From NCBI GenBank assembly GCA_964016885.1, contig OZ024749.1, positions 31,682,001 to 31,746,000 of the forward strand: DNA of 64,000 bases. Direction: 5' to 3'. Positions 13,363 to 27,529 of this stretch are shown piece after piece; within the stretch, counting starts at the first letter, position 1; each line of letters opens with the position of its first letter. The DNA comes from Eledone cirrhosa (Eukaryota). Under the pieces are notes generated by a model. It worked only from the letters and a program-made list of their open reading frames with translations, made no database searches and was not told the origin of the DNA. The translations under genes were made by a program, and so were the position numbers.

Positions 13363-14117
13363 ATATATATATATATATATACATATATATATACGTAAAT
13401 ATTTGTATATTTACGTATATATGCATATGTACATATCTTTGTACATTATGTAAGGTTACTTATATTGTTATACAATAAATATTTTTACAATAAAGACTCA
13501 ATGATTCTGAATGAGTTGTTTTAAATAAATTCCTTTTAAAATTACATAAACCATAGCCTCCTTATCTGTAAATTCTTCTTCAAAAGTAGGAATACTTCTG
13601 CCTGTAGGCAAATATATTGATGTTGTTATTTAAACTCAGCGTTTTGTTAAGGTTATTATGCTTCTTATATCCCATTCTTGAGGTTATTGCGATTTAGGGA
13701 AGTTTTTTCTTATTGAAATTACTTCTTTGATATTTATAACTACTCTGATGACACAAGAATGAGCATAATTAATATTTAATACCCAGTATTTTGAGTCAAT
13801 GTTCAGACTATCAATATACTACTAAAACTCTGTGATTGTGTCTTGTTTGTAATTTAATACAGCCAAAACGGCGCATAATGGAAACATATTTTGAAAGAAT
13901 GTTTCCCCTGAAATGAGAATACAAATGGAATAAAACATGTTTCGCGTAAATCGGAGCACGGGGTCCCGATATACAGCGTTTTTCCGGGTACCTTCATAAA
14001 TTGAAAGGAGAACGATAGGGCAAAAGAGATAGTGGTTGTGAGACAGTAGATTGAAAGGAGACTTGGAGGGAGAGAGAAGGAGACAGAGAAGGAATTAGGA
14101 GAGAGAGATAGAGAGAG

Positions 14118-14166
<49 letters not shown>

Positions 14167-14423
14167 ACAGTAAAATTTTACTTTTAAGTTACTATGATTT
14201 TTAAAAAATATTTTTAAGTGAACGTGACCCAACAGGTCACGTGTGGTCTAATAATATATATAGACACATTTATATACAAACAATCAAGCTTGAGCAAGAT
14301 TTTCAGCATTTTTATTCTTCCTTAATGTTTTTTCTATTTATCCTTGGAGAGGAATATGAGAGAAATATGAAACTTTTCATTAAGGCATTAAGTACATGTT
14401 CTCTACCTCAGCATTCATACTAG

Positions 14424-14523
14424 TTCTTCTTCTTCTTCTTCTTCTTCTTCTTCTTCTTCTTCTTCTTCTTCTTCTTCTTCTTCTTCTTCTTCTTCTTCTT
14501 CTTCTTCTTCTTCTTCTTCTTCT
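14424..14523. repeat. (TTC)n microsatellite
   Basis: Direct reading. Confidence 0.97.
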
Positions 14524-14558
14524 ACCTATCTATCCCTACCTTTCTATCCCTACCTTCT

Positions 14559-15188
14559 TATTGGATAATGTGTAAGCATTTTGACCTGTCCTATCAAAAG
14601 AATTGGTGGGAACATCAACAATCTCCCTTATTTGAAGAAGGTCACATTTCAAATTTATGGAACTTTAGCATCCAAACAGACCGAAAAATAGATGCAAGTA
14701 GACCTAATATAATACTGAAGGACTTTAAACAGAGGGTATGCCTGTTAATTGACTTGACCGTTTCTATAGACAAGAATGTATCTACAAAAACATTTGGAAA
14801 ATTGAGCAAATATAAAGACCTGGAAAGAGAGATCAGAAAATGTGGAAGTTGACAACTAAAGCAATCCCAGTGGTTGTAGGCGCTCTAGGAATGATACCTA
14901 AGGGGTCTAATGATTACTTCTCCCAAATCACAAGAAGCCCGCGTATAGAAGAAATACAGAAGATAGTACTAATCGGAATAGCCCACACACTAAGGAAGAT
15001 TCTGTCGATAGAAGTATATCACAAGAATAAATACCTAAAGATACATGTGTGTGTATGTATGTTCTTTCTTGAACATGGCGGACCTTGTTGTCTCTTGAGG
15101 TCACTGGTTGTGACTTGGTGATAACTCGTGTGAACATAAAGCAAGATGAATGAAATGACAATAATATTAATAATAATATTAATAATAA
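14559..15188 (+). mobile_element. 5'-truncated non-LTR retrotransposon, restriction-like endonuclease domain (R4/Dong-like), frameshifted
   Basis: Joined ORFs 14568/14840 read LWNFSIQTDRKIDASRPNII..LIDLTV..KLSKYKDLEREI..IPVVVGALG..IQKIVLIGIAHTLRKIL (PD..D and K..KY REL motifs); 3' UTR then (TAA)-rich tail. Confidence 0.85.
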
Positions 15189-15554
15189 ACGTATAACATA
15201 AGCGGAAAGCTAGAAATCGAATCCAGTACTTGACTGGTAGATATTTTATCGATCTCTGAGGGTCCGGTATGGCATTAAAATATATATATCGGAAGGGTTT
15301 GACACAAAAAAAAGTGTTTTTGCGGACATTTAGTGTCCACAGTAGTGATCAATATTTGTAAAAGGGAAGCATTAGTTTACAGTACTTTATGTCAAATTCT
15401 CTGTGGGGTCAGGGGTTCAGGGGCAACAGATCGATAAATCAAGAGATCAATAGATATTGGAATCATTCTCATCCATGTAGGAAAACTATGTAGCAACAAT
15501 ACGAAAGTTTAGAAGCTGATCAATTTTATTAACAATAGTAATATATATATGTAT

Positions 15555-15658
15555 ACATACACACACACACACAGACACACACACACACACTGACACAGAC
15601 ACACAGACACACACTGACACTGACACACAGACACATACATACACACACAGACACACAG

Positions 15659-15714
<56 letters not shown>

Positions 15715-15754
15715 ATAGAGACACAGACACAGACACATAGAGACACAGACACAG

Positions 15755-15795
<41 letters not shown>

Positions 15796-15967
15796 GACAC
15801 ACAGACAGACACACACACACACACAGACACACACAGACACTGACACACAGACACATACATACACAGACACACAGACACATACACACACACACAGACACAC
15901 AGACACACAGACACATACACACACACATACACACACACACACACACATACCCACCACAGACACACAT

Positions 15968-15998
<31 letters not shown>

Positions 15999-16214
15999 GA
16001 CTGACACACAGACACATACACACACAGACACACAGACACTTACACACACACAGACACACAGACACATACACACACACACACGCATACGCATACACACAGA
16101 CACACACACACACACACACACACAGACACACAGAGACACAGGCACACACACACACACACACATACACACATACACACCACAGACACACAGACACACATAC
16201 ACATACACACACAT

Positions 16215-16230
<16 letters not shown>
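15555..16230. repeat. (CA)n/(CAGACA)n array
   Basis: Direct reading; poly-CV ORFs are artefacts. Confidence 0.95.
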
Positions 16231-16244
<14 letters not shown>

Positions 16245-16245
<1 letters not shown>

Positions 16246-16433
16246 ATTGTTTCTACATTTGGCACAAGGCCAGCAATTATCTCAGTGTATTACTGGTGCT
16301 TTATTTATCGACCCCGTAAGGATAAAAGGCAAAGTTAACCTCGGCGGGATTTGAAATCACATCATAAAGGGCCGTAACTCTTTGCTGCAAAGCATGGCGT
16401 CCGACCTTCTAGCGATACTGCCAAGCCACCACC
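16245..16433 (-). mobile_element. SINE family 1
   Basis: Consensus match. Confidence 0.9.
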
Positions 16434-16445
16434 CTATATATATAA

Positions 16446-16783
16446 TGCTGAGGAAGGCTCTGAACATTAATCAGTATGCACTGAGGATGAAGGACTCAGA
16501 GCTGTACGGCAGCCTCCAAAAAGATCGAGAGTAGCACAGAGGAATCTGAGGTTAGCTGGACATGCTCACCGACATCCAGGGTTGACACTGCACTCAGTGC
16601 ACCTGTGGGAAGCCCTGTATGGACACACTGGAAGAGGAAGACCGTGGTTGACATATGTTGATGCCCTAAGGACAGACACTGGTCTCTTGGAGACGCAGGA
16701 CATGGCAGCGATGATGAGGGACAGAGACCGCTGGAGAGAACTCGTCCATGGATCTCGGGAATTTTACCCGCCCTAGATAGATG
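16446..16783 (+). mobile_element. 3' fragment of RTE-clade LINE ORF
   Basis: MLRKALNI..ELYGSL..RLAGHAHRHP..GRGRPWLTYVDALRTDTG..MRDRDRWRELV, typical RTE C-terminus. Confidence 0.8.
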
Positions 16784-16978
16784 TATATGTATATACTCTT
16801 TTACTCTTTTACTCTTATACCTGTTTCAGCCATCCGGCTGAGGCCATGCTGGGGCACCGCCCTTGTTGATACACATTTTATCTCCAGCCTGTATAGGTTG
16901 GCCACTGGTGTAGGAGGGAGTTTGTTGCTGCTGCCCTGAGGCATATCTATGTATATATCTATGTATATATATATATAT

Positions 16979-17035
<57 letters not shown>

Positions 17036-17056
17036 GTGTGTGTGTGTGTATGTATG

Positions 17057-17135
<79 letters not shown>

Positions 17136-17646
17136 ATATATATATATATTTATATATATCGTTTCTGAATTTGTTTAGCAAGATTCTTTATCTGAAATCG
17201 TGTGTTGAAACCGATATTGTTATACTTTGGGGGGGGGGGGGGGGGTCATGTTGCCAATATAAGTTTGTAAATTTATAAATATATAAATTTATAAATATAT
17301 AATAAATTGAAGTGAAAGCAACTGGTGCGTGTGTTTCTTATTGGCAACATGACCCTCCCAAAGTATAACAATATTTATATATAGATATATGTATATAAAT
17401 ATATATTTATATATACATATATATATATCTATATACATTACATTTATATATACATACATATATATATATATATGTGTGTGTGTGTATGTGTATATATATA
17501 TGTATATCTCTCTCTCTATATATATATACATATACCATATAAATATATATATATATAGATGTATACACATAATATATCTATATATAAATATGTATATGTA
17601 TATACATATATATATGAATACACACACACACACACACATATGTGTA

Positions 17647-17684
<38 letters not shown>

Positions 17685-17687
<3 letters not shown>

Positions 17688-17772
17688 AGGTCACAGCCAA
17701 AGATGGCTGTCACTGAAATATATATAGCAGAAATAAACGAAGCTAAATTTTAATCATTTGACATTTTATTTA

Positions 17773-17776
<4 letters not shown>
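17685..17776 (+). ncRNA. 5'-truncated HHR element in (TA)n
   Basis: (CUG)AAGA-GGU c ACAGCC aaagau GGCUGU c ACU-GAAA-U auau A UA, then AAUAAA tail. Confidence 0.65.
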
Positions 17777-17864
<88 letters not shown>

Positions 17865-17973
17865 TATGTATGTATATATAGAGAAATTTATATACATCAA
17901 TATATATATATAAATATTTATTCATATATATATAGATTTTAAATATATGTATATATAAATTTCTCTGTGTCCG

Positions 17974-18067
<94 letters not shown>

Positions 18068-18330
18068 ATAAAATGCGGACACAGAGAAATTTATATATTG
18101 ATCAACGGATAGATAGATAGATAGGTATATCAGGCAGCAGGTCGGCAGTAAAGGAAAGTACAAGTCAGGTACCAATACTTGATTGATACTTTATTTTATC
18201 GACCCAAGAACGATGAAATACAAAGTTGACACCTCGGCCCCATTTGGATCTAAAAAGCCAGAAAAATGGCATTTTATCCAATGCTTTAACAACTGTGCTT
18301 ATCTATCACCCTGACTTGCATTTTATATAT

Positions 18331-18450
<120 letters not shown>

Positions 18451-18516
18451 AAAGTTATATTTAAATATATAATGAAATAAATATGGTTTTATAAATATAG
18501 TTTCCATTTATTTAAT

Positions 18517-18568
<52 letters not shown>

Positions 18569-18592
18569 ATAAGGATCCAAATATAAATTTAG

Positions 18593-18629
<37 letters not shown>

Positions 18630-18653
18630 ATAAGGATCCAAATATAAATTTAG

Positions 18654-18705
<52 letters not shown>

Positions 18706-18707
<2 letters not shown>

Positions 18708-18894
18708 CGAAGGAAATGTGGTAAGGAACCAGGTGGACCATAACGTACCAAAGTACTCAATACTTAGGGTAGTAGAGTGGGTAATAGGAACAAGTAAGAC
18801 CACGACGGCTGAGCTCAAGCCGTTTCGACGGCTAATTCTGGACTCAATTAACCGTCGAAACGGATTGAGCTCAGCCGTCGGGGTCTTACTTGTT

Positions 18895-18898
<4 letters not shown>
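18706..18898 (-). mobile_element. Fold-back family A (copy 2)
   Basis: Arms 18786-18836 / 18847-18898; GAAA-CGGCU ugagcuc AGCCG-UC. Confidence 0.75.
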
Positions 18899-18948
<50 letters not shown>

Positions 18949-19031
18949 TATATATATATATTTAAAATCTATATATATATATGTATGCGTTTATGTAAAT
19001 ATGTACATACATACATATATATATATCTATA

Positions 19032-19083
<52 letters not shown>

Positions 19084-19094
19084 TATATATATAT

Positions 19095-19133
<39 letters not shown>

Positions 19134-19278
19134 AGCATGTATGTATACATTTATGTAAATTTATATATGTGTATATGTGTATATATGTATATATATATAT
19201 ATACATATTGATATATATACATATATATATACATACAGATATATCTATACATGCATACATATAGATATAAATATATGT

Positions 19279-19350
<72 letters not shown>

Positions 19351-19431
19351 GTGTGTGTGAATGTGTATATATATATATATAAATATATACACATATATAT
19401 ATTTATATATACATATACATAACATATATTC

Positions 19432-19478
<47 letters not shown>

Positions 19479-19756
19479 GTGTTAATGTGTGTGCGTATGC
19501 CCCTGTGTGACTGTAAGTCTGTATGTAGTGAAGAAGCGCCATGGGTTCCTAGAGCGAGAAGTGTAGTGTTTTATTAAGCAAAACACTTAACTTTTCTCCA
19601 ATCAACTCAGTTGAAAATGAATCACAGCTGCATCAACAGTGAAGAATTTGGAGACCTGTTTCAGTCGCTTAACTTATATCAATGAAACAGGCACAAACAC
19701 ACTCCCACACATACACAAACACACATATATATATATATATATATACATGTATATAT

Positions 19757-19883
<127 letters not shown>

Positions 19884-19911
19884 TACATGTATATATATAT
19901 ATATATGTATG

Positions 19912-20085
<174 letters not shown>

Positions 20086-20121
20086 ATTCTTTGCTTAAAC
20101 TTTAATCTGTTATTTTAATAA

Positions 20122-20178
<57 letters not shown>

Positions 20179-20183
20179 CATAC

Positions 20184-20255
<72 letters not shown>

Positions 20256-20262
<7 letters not shown>

Positions 20263-20590
20263 TACAAATATTAATAAAATAGATGTTCTTTTGATCAATA
20301 AAATTTTATTATACATATTTCAGAGGTACAACAGTACGTCCTCATCAGACAAAATATAATGATACATGACATACCCTGAGATGTTAAATGGTTAAGATTT
20401 AATCATTTAACATCTATAACTTTTAACATTAATAATATTATATTAAATCTTAACCATTTAACATCTCAGGGTATGTCATGTATCATTATATTTTCTCTGA
20501 TGAGGGCGTACTGTTGTACCTCTGAAATATGTATAATAAAATTTAATTGATCAAAAGAACATCTATTTTATTAATATTTGTATTTTAATA
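20256..20590. mobile_element. Fold-back element, ~148-bp arms, each with an intact-core HHR
   Basis: Arms 20256-20403 / 20442-20590; HHR(-) 20303-20355, HHR(+) 20490-20542: CUGAUGA-GG(G/A) c GUAC uguu GUAC c UCU-GAAA-U augu A UA. Confidence 0.8.
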
Positions 20591-20771
20591 TTAATAACTC
20601 TGGAAAATATTTACTTGTAGAGTGCTTCCAATCTACTGTAAAACTCATTCTTTGATATACTCATGGAATATTGTTTAACTCTTTAATATATATATATATA
20701 TATATACGCACATATGTATATATATATATACACATACATATATACATACACACACACATATATATATATGC

Positions 20772-20807
<36 letters not shown>

Positions 20808-20809
20808 AT

Positions 20810-21090
20810 GGAGGCACGTGGCCTAGTGGTAAGGGTGTTGGACTTACGATCATAATGTCGTGGGCTCGATTCCTGGTTTGCGTGTTGTGTTCTTGAGCAA
20901 GACACTCCATTTCACGTTGCTCCAGTATACTCAGCTGAAAATAAGTACCAGCAATAGCTGGAGGTTTAACCCTGCGATGGACTGGCGTCTTGTCCAGGGG
21001 GAAGTCTTGTGTTCTCAGTCGCTTCACGCCATGAAACCGGGATAAGCACCGCCCAAATGAGCCTTCTGGCTTAAGACAGATTTTAGACTT
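20810..21090 (+). mobile_element. tRNA-derived SINE family 2 with Meta-like central domain
   Basis: A box TGGCCTAGTGG, B box GGCTCGATTCC, CTTGAGCAAGACACT, CCCTGCGATGGACTGGCGTC.TGTCCAGGG. Confidence 0.8.
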
Positions 21091-21115
21091 AGATATATGT
21101 ATATATATATATACA

Positions 21116-21213
21116 CAGGGTGTTCCCCAAAAATGTATACGCACTTCAACAGCATTCTAATAAATATTGTCTGTACAGGTAATCAAATTGTGTATATATT
21201 TTTGGGACACGCC
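21116..21213. mobile_element. Tc1/mariner-type MITE (copy 3); inverted half copy at 21390-21430
   Basis: Same TIRs and internal sequence as 2762. Confidence 0.75.
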
Positions 21214-21234
21214 ATATATATATACATATATATA

Positions 21235-21290
<56 letters not shown>

Positions 21291-21427
21291 TATGCGTGTC
21301 TTTCTGTGTGTGTGTGTGTGTTAGTAAATATATGTACATATATATATAGTGTGATATTTACACATATATATGCATGTATATATATATATAGTGTGTCCCA
21401 AAAATATATACACAATTTGATTACCTG

Positions 21428-21586
21428 TACGAAGGAGTTGCGGTAAGGAACCATAACGCACCAGAGTACTCAATACTTAGGGTAGTAGAGTGGGTAATAG
21501 GAAAATGTATGAACCCGACGGCAGAGCTCAAGCCGTTTCGACGGAACGGCTTGAGTTCTGCCGCCGTCGGGGTCATACATTTTCAT
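21428..21586 (-). mobile_element. Fold-back family A (copy 3)
   Basis: Same tail and hairpin arms, shorter centre. Confidence 0.75.
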
Positions 21587-22064
21587 ATATATATATACAC
21601 ACACACACATATATATTTATATACATGTGTCTGTGTGTGTGTGTTAGAGTATGTGTGTGTGTGTGTGTGTGTTTATTCTATGAATACACACTTGTTCTAA
21701 CGAAATGTGTATCCTAATGTTTAGTAGAAATTTATTTAGTCTCGCTGTGAAAAGAGATCTCATGGATAAACTATTATCAATAACTTAGACCGAATAGAAA
21801 ACTAAGACGACTATTTTCATCCTTCATTAAATACACATCAGGAATCAAATATCTGCGACGCATACCTTGACTGTCAGCCATTATTGTCTGTAAATGGTAA
21901 CTGACATGGTTGAGTGATTAAGAAGTTCGATTTGAAAACATGATGCCAATGCTACCATCTGAATGAATGCCATGTTAGATAAGTCTCTTTACAATAGCCA
22001 CGTGTAGCTACAAAATTTTTGAATGAAATTGGTTGTATGGAAAATGTTTGGAAAGCAGTTGGAT

Positions 22065-22940
22065 GGATTATACCTGTAATTCAAAGACCCAGCCCAGCCT
22101 CCTTTTTATATATTGTGCCAAACTAATTATACCTGTAAATCAAAAGTCCAGCTTTGTCATTTATTATGTCACACGTATTACACCTCTTATTCAAAGCTCC
22201 AGTCCCCTTGTCATATATTATATCATACAGTCTCTACCTGTAATTTAAACGTCTAATGTTACATATTGTGCCACACTTACTTTACCTGTAATTCCCCTCC
22301 ACTGTTTTCATTTACTGTGTCACATTATCTCTACCTGTGACTCAAACGTACAATGTTGTCATATATTGTGTCACACTGATCTACCTGTGATTCAAACCAT
22401 TTACTCTGCCACACTAATTATACCTGTAACTCAAAAGCCTACCTTGTCATATTATGTGTCACAATGCCTCTCCCTGTAATTCAAAGTCCCAACCTCTATG
22501 TCATTCACTGTATCAGACTAATTATAACTGTAACTCAAAGGACCACCTTGTCATATAATGTGTCACACTGCCTCTACCTATAATTCAAAGTTCCAATCTC
22601 CTTGTCATTTACTGTGTCACACTAATTATTCCTGCATTTCATAGGTACAATGTTGTCATTTACTCTCACACACAACCTCTACCTAATTCAGAGGACCAGC
22701 TTGCTATATAATATGTCACATTCCTTCTACCTGTAATTCAAAGTTCCAAGCTCCTTGTCATTTACTGTGTCACACTAATTATACCTACATTTTATAGGTA
22801 CAATGTTGTCATATACTGTCACACACAACCTCTACCTGGAATTTCAGAGGCCCAGCTTGCCATATAGTGTGTCACACTTCCTCTACCTGTTATTCAGAGG
22901 CCCAGCGTACTTGTCATATTTTGAGTGACACTGACTCTAC
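22065..22940. repeat. Degenerate ~45-bp minisatellite
   Basis: Recurrent TACCTGTAATTCAAA..TTGTCAT..TGTGTCACACT. Confidence 0.8.
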
Positions 22941-23069
22941 CATCCGAAATATGCAGAAAGCGATGAGACATTTCTGCGCACACGCGTTAAGTATCCGAGC
23001 ATTTCTAACTTGTAGCATTATGTAGAACAAATGTTGTCACGTTGGCAAATCCGGAATACATTTGAGTCC

Positions 23070-24070
23070 ATTGTGAGGTCTATTTTGCCCTCTGTCTATC
23101 TGTTCTATGTCTTCAAACCCCACTGGGGTCAACTTTGCCCTCTGTCTATCTGTGTTGTGACTTCAAACTCCACTGGGGTCAACTTTGCCCTCTGTTTATC
23201 TGTGCTGTGTCTTCAAACCCTACTGTGGTCAACATTGCCCTCTATCTATCTGTGCTGTCTTCAAACTCCACTGGGGTCAACTTTGCCCTCTGTCTATCTG
23301 TTCTATGTCTTCAAACTCCACTGGGGTCAACTTTGCCCTCTGTCTTTATATCTGTTATATGCCTTCAAATCCCACTGTGGTCAAAATTGCCCTCTATCTA
23401 TCTGTGCTGTCTTCAAACCCCACTGGGGTCAACTTTGCCCTCTGTCTATCTGTTCTATGTCTTCAAACCCCACTGGGGTCAGCTATGCTCTCTGTCTATC
23501 TGTGCTGAGAGTTAAAGCCTCACTAAAGTCAACTTTGTCCTCTGTCTATTTGTTCTATGTCTTCAAACTCCACTGGGGTCAACTTTGCCCTCTGTCTATC
23601 TGTTATATGCCTTCAAAGCCCACTGTGGTCAACATTGCCCTCTATCTATCTGTTCTATGTCTTCAAACCCCACTGGAGTCAGCTATGCCCTCTGTCTATC
23701 TGTGCTGAGAGTTAAAGCCTCACTAAAGTCAACTTTGTCCTCTGTATATCTGTTCTATGTCTTCAAACTCCACTGGGGTCAATTTTGCCCTCTGTCTATC
23801 TGTTATATGCCTTCAAATCCCACTGTGGTCAAAATTGCCCTCTATCTATCTGTGCTGTCTTCAAACTCCACTGGCGTCAACTTTGCCCTCTGTCTATCTG
23901 TTCTATGTCTTCAAACCCCACTGGGGTCAGCTATGCCCTCTGTCTATCTGTGCTGAGAGTTAAAGCCTCACTAAAGTCAACTTTGTCCTCTGTCTATCTC
24001 TGCTGAGTGTTAAAAGCCCACTAGAGTCAACTTTGTAACTGTATTTCAAACCTCCACTATTGTCAACCTA
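23070..24070 (+). repeat. ~50-bp minisatellite resembling SINE B-box region
   Basis: Units CTTCAAACCCCACTGGGGTCAACTTTGCCCTCTGTCTATCTGTTCTATGT. Confidence 0.9.
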
Positions 24071-24229
24071 ATAATACATGTTATTCAGTGGCCTAGCGAT
24101 ATCGTATACTGAGTCCAGTTTTGGGATTTATTGTATCTCCCTGGCTGTCCCTTTTATTCAAAGGTGCAGTGTTGTATATACAACAGCACCGTGGTTAAGG
24201 TTGAGAATTATGGTAAATGTAAGGGGGTG

Positions 24230-24690
24230 TCTGTGGATGTTTGTAGATGTGAATGGATGTGTGAGGATGTGTGTGGATGTGTGAGGATGTGTGTGGATGT
24301 GTGTGGAAGTGTGTGGATGTGTGTGGATGTTAATGTATGTGTGTGGATGTATGAGGATGTGTGTGGAGGTGTGTGGATGTGTGTGGATGTGAATGTATGT
24401 GTGTGGATGTGTGAGGATATGTGTGGATGTGTGAGGATGTGTGTGGATGTGTGGAGATGTGAATGAATGTGTGTGGAATTATGTTACGCGTAAGTGGATG
24501 TGTGTATATGCTTGTGTACGTGTGGGGATGATGTGTCTCGATGTGTGTATGTATGTGTTGATGTTTATGGATGCGTGGTGTGGAAACGTGTGGATATGTG
24601 TGTAAGTATCTGGATGTGTGTAGATGTGTATGGATATGTGTGGAAGTATGTGGATATGTGTGGAAGTATGTGAATGGAAGTGTGTGGCTG
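24230..24690. repeat. (GTGTGGATGT)n 10-bp repeat
   Basis: Direct reading. Confidence 0.9.
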
Positions 24691-24954
24691 TGTGTAGAAT
24701 ATTCAGCACAGATACACATAAATCAACTGCAGGGGATCCTTTGATGAAGCAACGGAATGCTCATCGTCGAAACAGATGGAGAATCATTTTTCCTGAGAGG
24801 ATTCATTCAGATTTATTAGAACATCGGATAGAATGCTTTGCTATATACGTTCTGGTTGTCTGCTGCTTGAGTTCAAGCCCGACTAAGACACACTTCGCTA
24901 TTATACTTTCTGGTCCACGCCCTCATATTATTCAACACTGATTTAAATTGTGAT

Positions 24955-25345
24955 TAATATTAACAATTAATAGTATATTTATATTAAGACTTAATAGTTT
25001 TTATATTAACAGTTAATAGTTTATTTATATTAACAATTAATAGTTTATTTATATTAACAATTAATAGTTTATTTAAATTAACAAATGATAGTTTATTTAT
25101 ATTAACAATTAATAGTTTATTTATATTAACACTTAATAGTTTTTTATATTAACAATTAATAGTTTATTTATATTAACAGTTAATAGTTTATTTATATTAA
25201 CAATTAATAGTTTATTTATATTAAGACTTAATAGTTTTTTTATATTAACAATTAATAGTTTATTTATATTAACAATTAATAGTTTATAATAGTTTATTTA
25301 TATTAACATTTAATAGTTTTTATATATTAATACTTAATAGTTTAT
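24955..25345. repeat. 24-bp AT-rich minisatellite
   Basis: Unit ATTAACAATTAATAGTTTATTTAT. Confidence 0.9.
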
Positions 25346-25529
25346 TTCTAATTAAATATGTTACCAGTGAGTTTCAAATAATTTCGAAAATATTAACATT
25401 AGAAATATTTAGGAAAATAACGAAATTACACGTTTCAAAGTCAATGTTTGGAAAGTCATTTAACATATATATGAATAAACTTCATGTAGAGGAACAAATT
25501 AATATTTCAGCACAAGAACTCACAACTAT

Positions 25530-25691
<162 letters not shown>

Positions 25692-25732
25692 GATATTAAA
25701 TAAAAGGGAACTATATTTATAAAGGCATATTT

Positions 25733-25791
25733 ATTCTATTATATATATTTCAAGGGTACCAAAACTTTGGTACGCCCTCATCAGATAAAAT
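25733..25791 (-). ncRNA. Type I HHR, intact core (family B)
   Basis: AUUUUAU-CUGAUGA-GGG c GUACCA..UGGUAC c CUU-GAAA-U auau A UA-AUAGAAU. Confidence 0.75.
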
Positions 25792-25863
25792 ATCCCTTTT
25801 GCTTATATATATGTATATTATACTTATATATATATATATATATATATAAATACACACACACAC

Positions 25864-25916
<53 letters not shown>

Positions 25917-26001
25917 AATGCACATGTATATATATATTATATATATAGAGAGAGATAGATAGATAGATACATGTAGATAGATACATATATATCAATATAT
26001 G

Positions 26002-26081
<80 letters not shown>

Positions 26082-26166
26082 CATATATTGATATATATGT
26101 ATCTATCTACATGTATCTATCTATCTATCTCTCTCTATATATATAATATATATATACATGTGCATT

Positions 26167-26205
<39 letters not shown>

Positions 26206-26376
26206 CCATACATCCATGCATTCATACATACACACACATATATATATAATTATATATATACATAACATAGAAATTATCACAAAATGTTTATTTATACGTA
26301 AGTTTTACGCCATATTGTGTCCTAAGTTATATAACATTGTCGGGGAATTAAGGATAACAGTACATGGTACATATGA

Positions 26377-26548
<172 letters not shown>

Positions 26549-26599
26549 AAATATATGTATATATATATATATATACATATACGCACATACAGGCTCATG

Positions 26600-26688
<89 letters not shown>

Positions 26689-27066
26689 CCCTGTGTGTGT
26701 GTATATATATATATGTATATATAAATGCAAAGCTGATTAAGACGCATGTGCTTTCCGCTCCTTAAACATTTTCCTCGTTCCATTCGTTTTAGATTCTCGC
26801 CTAAAGTTCTATTTCGTTTGACGCTGATTTTATATTCCGATGAAAGACAAACGTCCGAGACATCAGCCAACAGTATCGACAGTTAATTCTACTTTAAAAT
26901 TTAAGTGAGGACGGTTAAACTAATTTGTATCATAAATGTATCGTAACATTATACTTTCTTTGTCAATATCCACACATAAACCACATAAACAGACGGACAT
27001 ATATATGTATGTGAGTGTGTGTTTGTGTATGTGTATGTGTATATAAATAAATATATATTTATATAA

Positions 27067-27124
<58 letters not shown>

Positions 27125-27155
27125 GTATACATATATATATATATATATACGTACG

Positions 27156-27186
<31 letters not shown>

Positions 27187-27190
27187 GTAC

Positions 27191-27283
<93 letters not shown>

Positions 27284-27386
27284 TACGTGTACACAGACGT
27301 TATAGTATACATAAATAAACGGTATGGATGGAACATTGTAAGCAAATGAAATCTGTTTGAGTATGTAAGCGTTCTTTGGTGTCTTC

Positions 27387-27426
<40 letters not shown>

Positions 27427-27478
27427 TGTATATATAAATATTTATACATACATGTTTGTATATAAAATACACCTATAT

Positions 27479-27521
<43 letters not shown>

Positions 27522-27529
<8 letters not shown>

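Noticed and set aside
13747-13790. CUGAUGA motif
   Set aside because: No stem II or GAAA downstream.
20810-20880. tRNA gene
   Set aside because: A/B boxes continue into a SINE body and a second copy exists at 41675-42178; no clean cloverleaf.
23070-24070. CRISPR-like array
   Set aside because: No unique spacers, no cas genes, eukaryotic context; units are tandem variants. The same applies to the 4735 and 42698 arrays.
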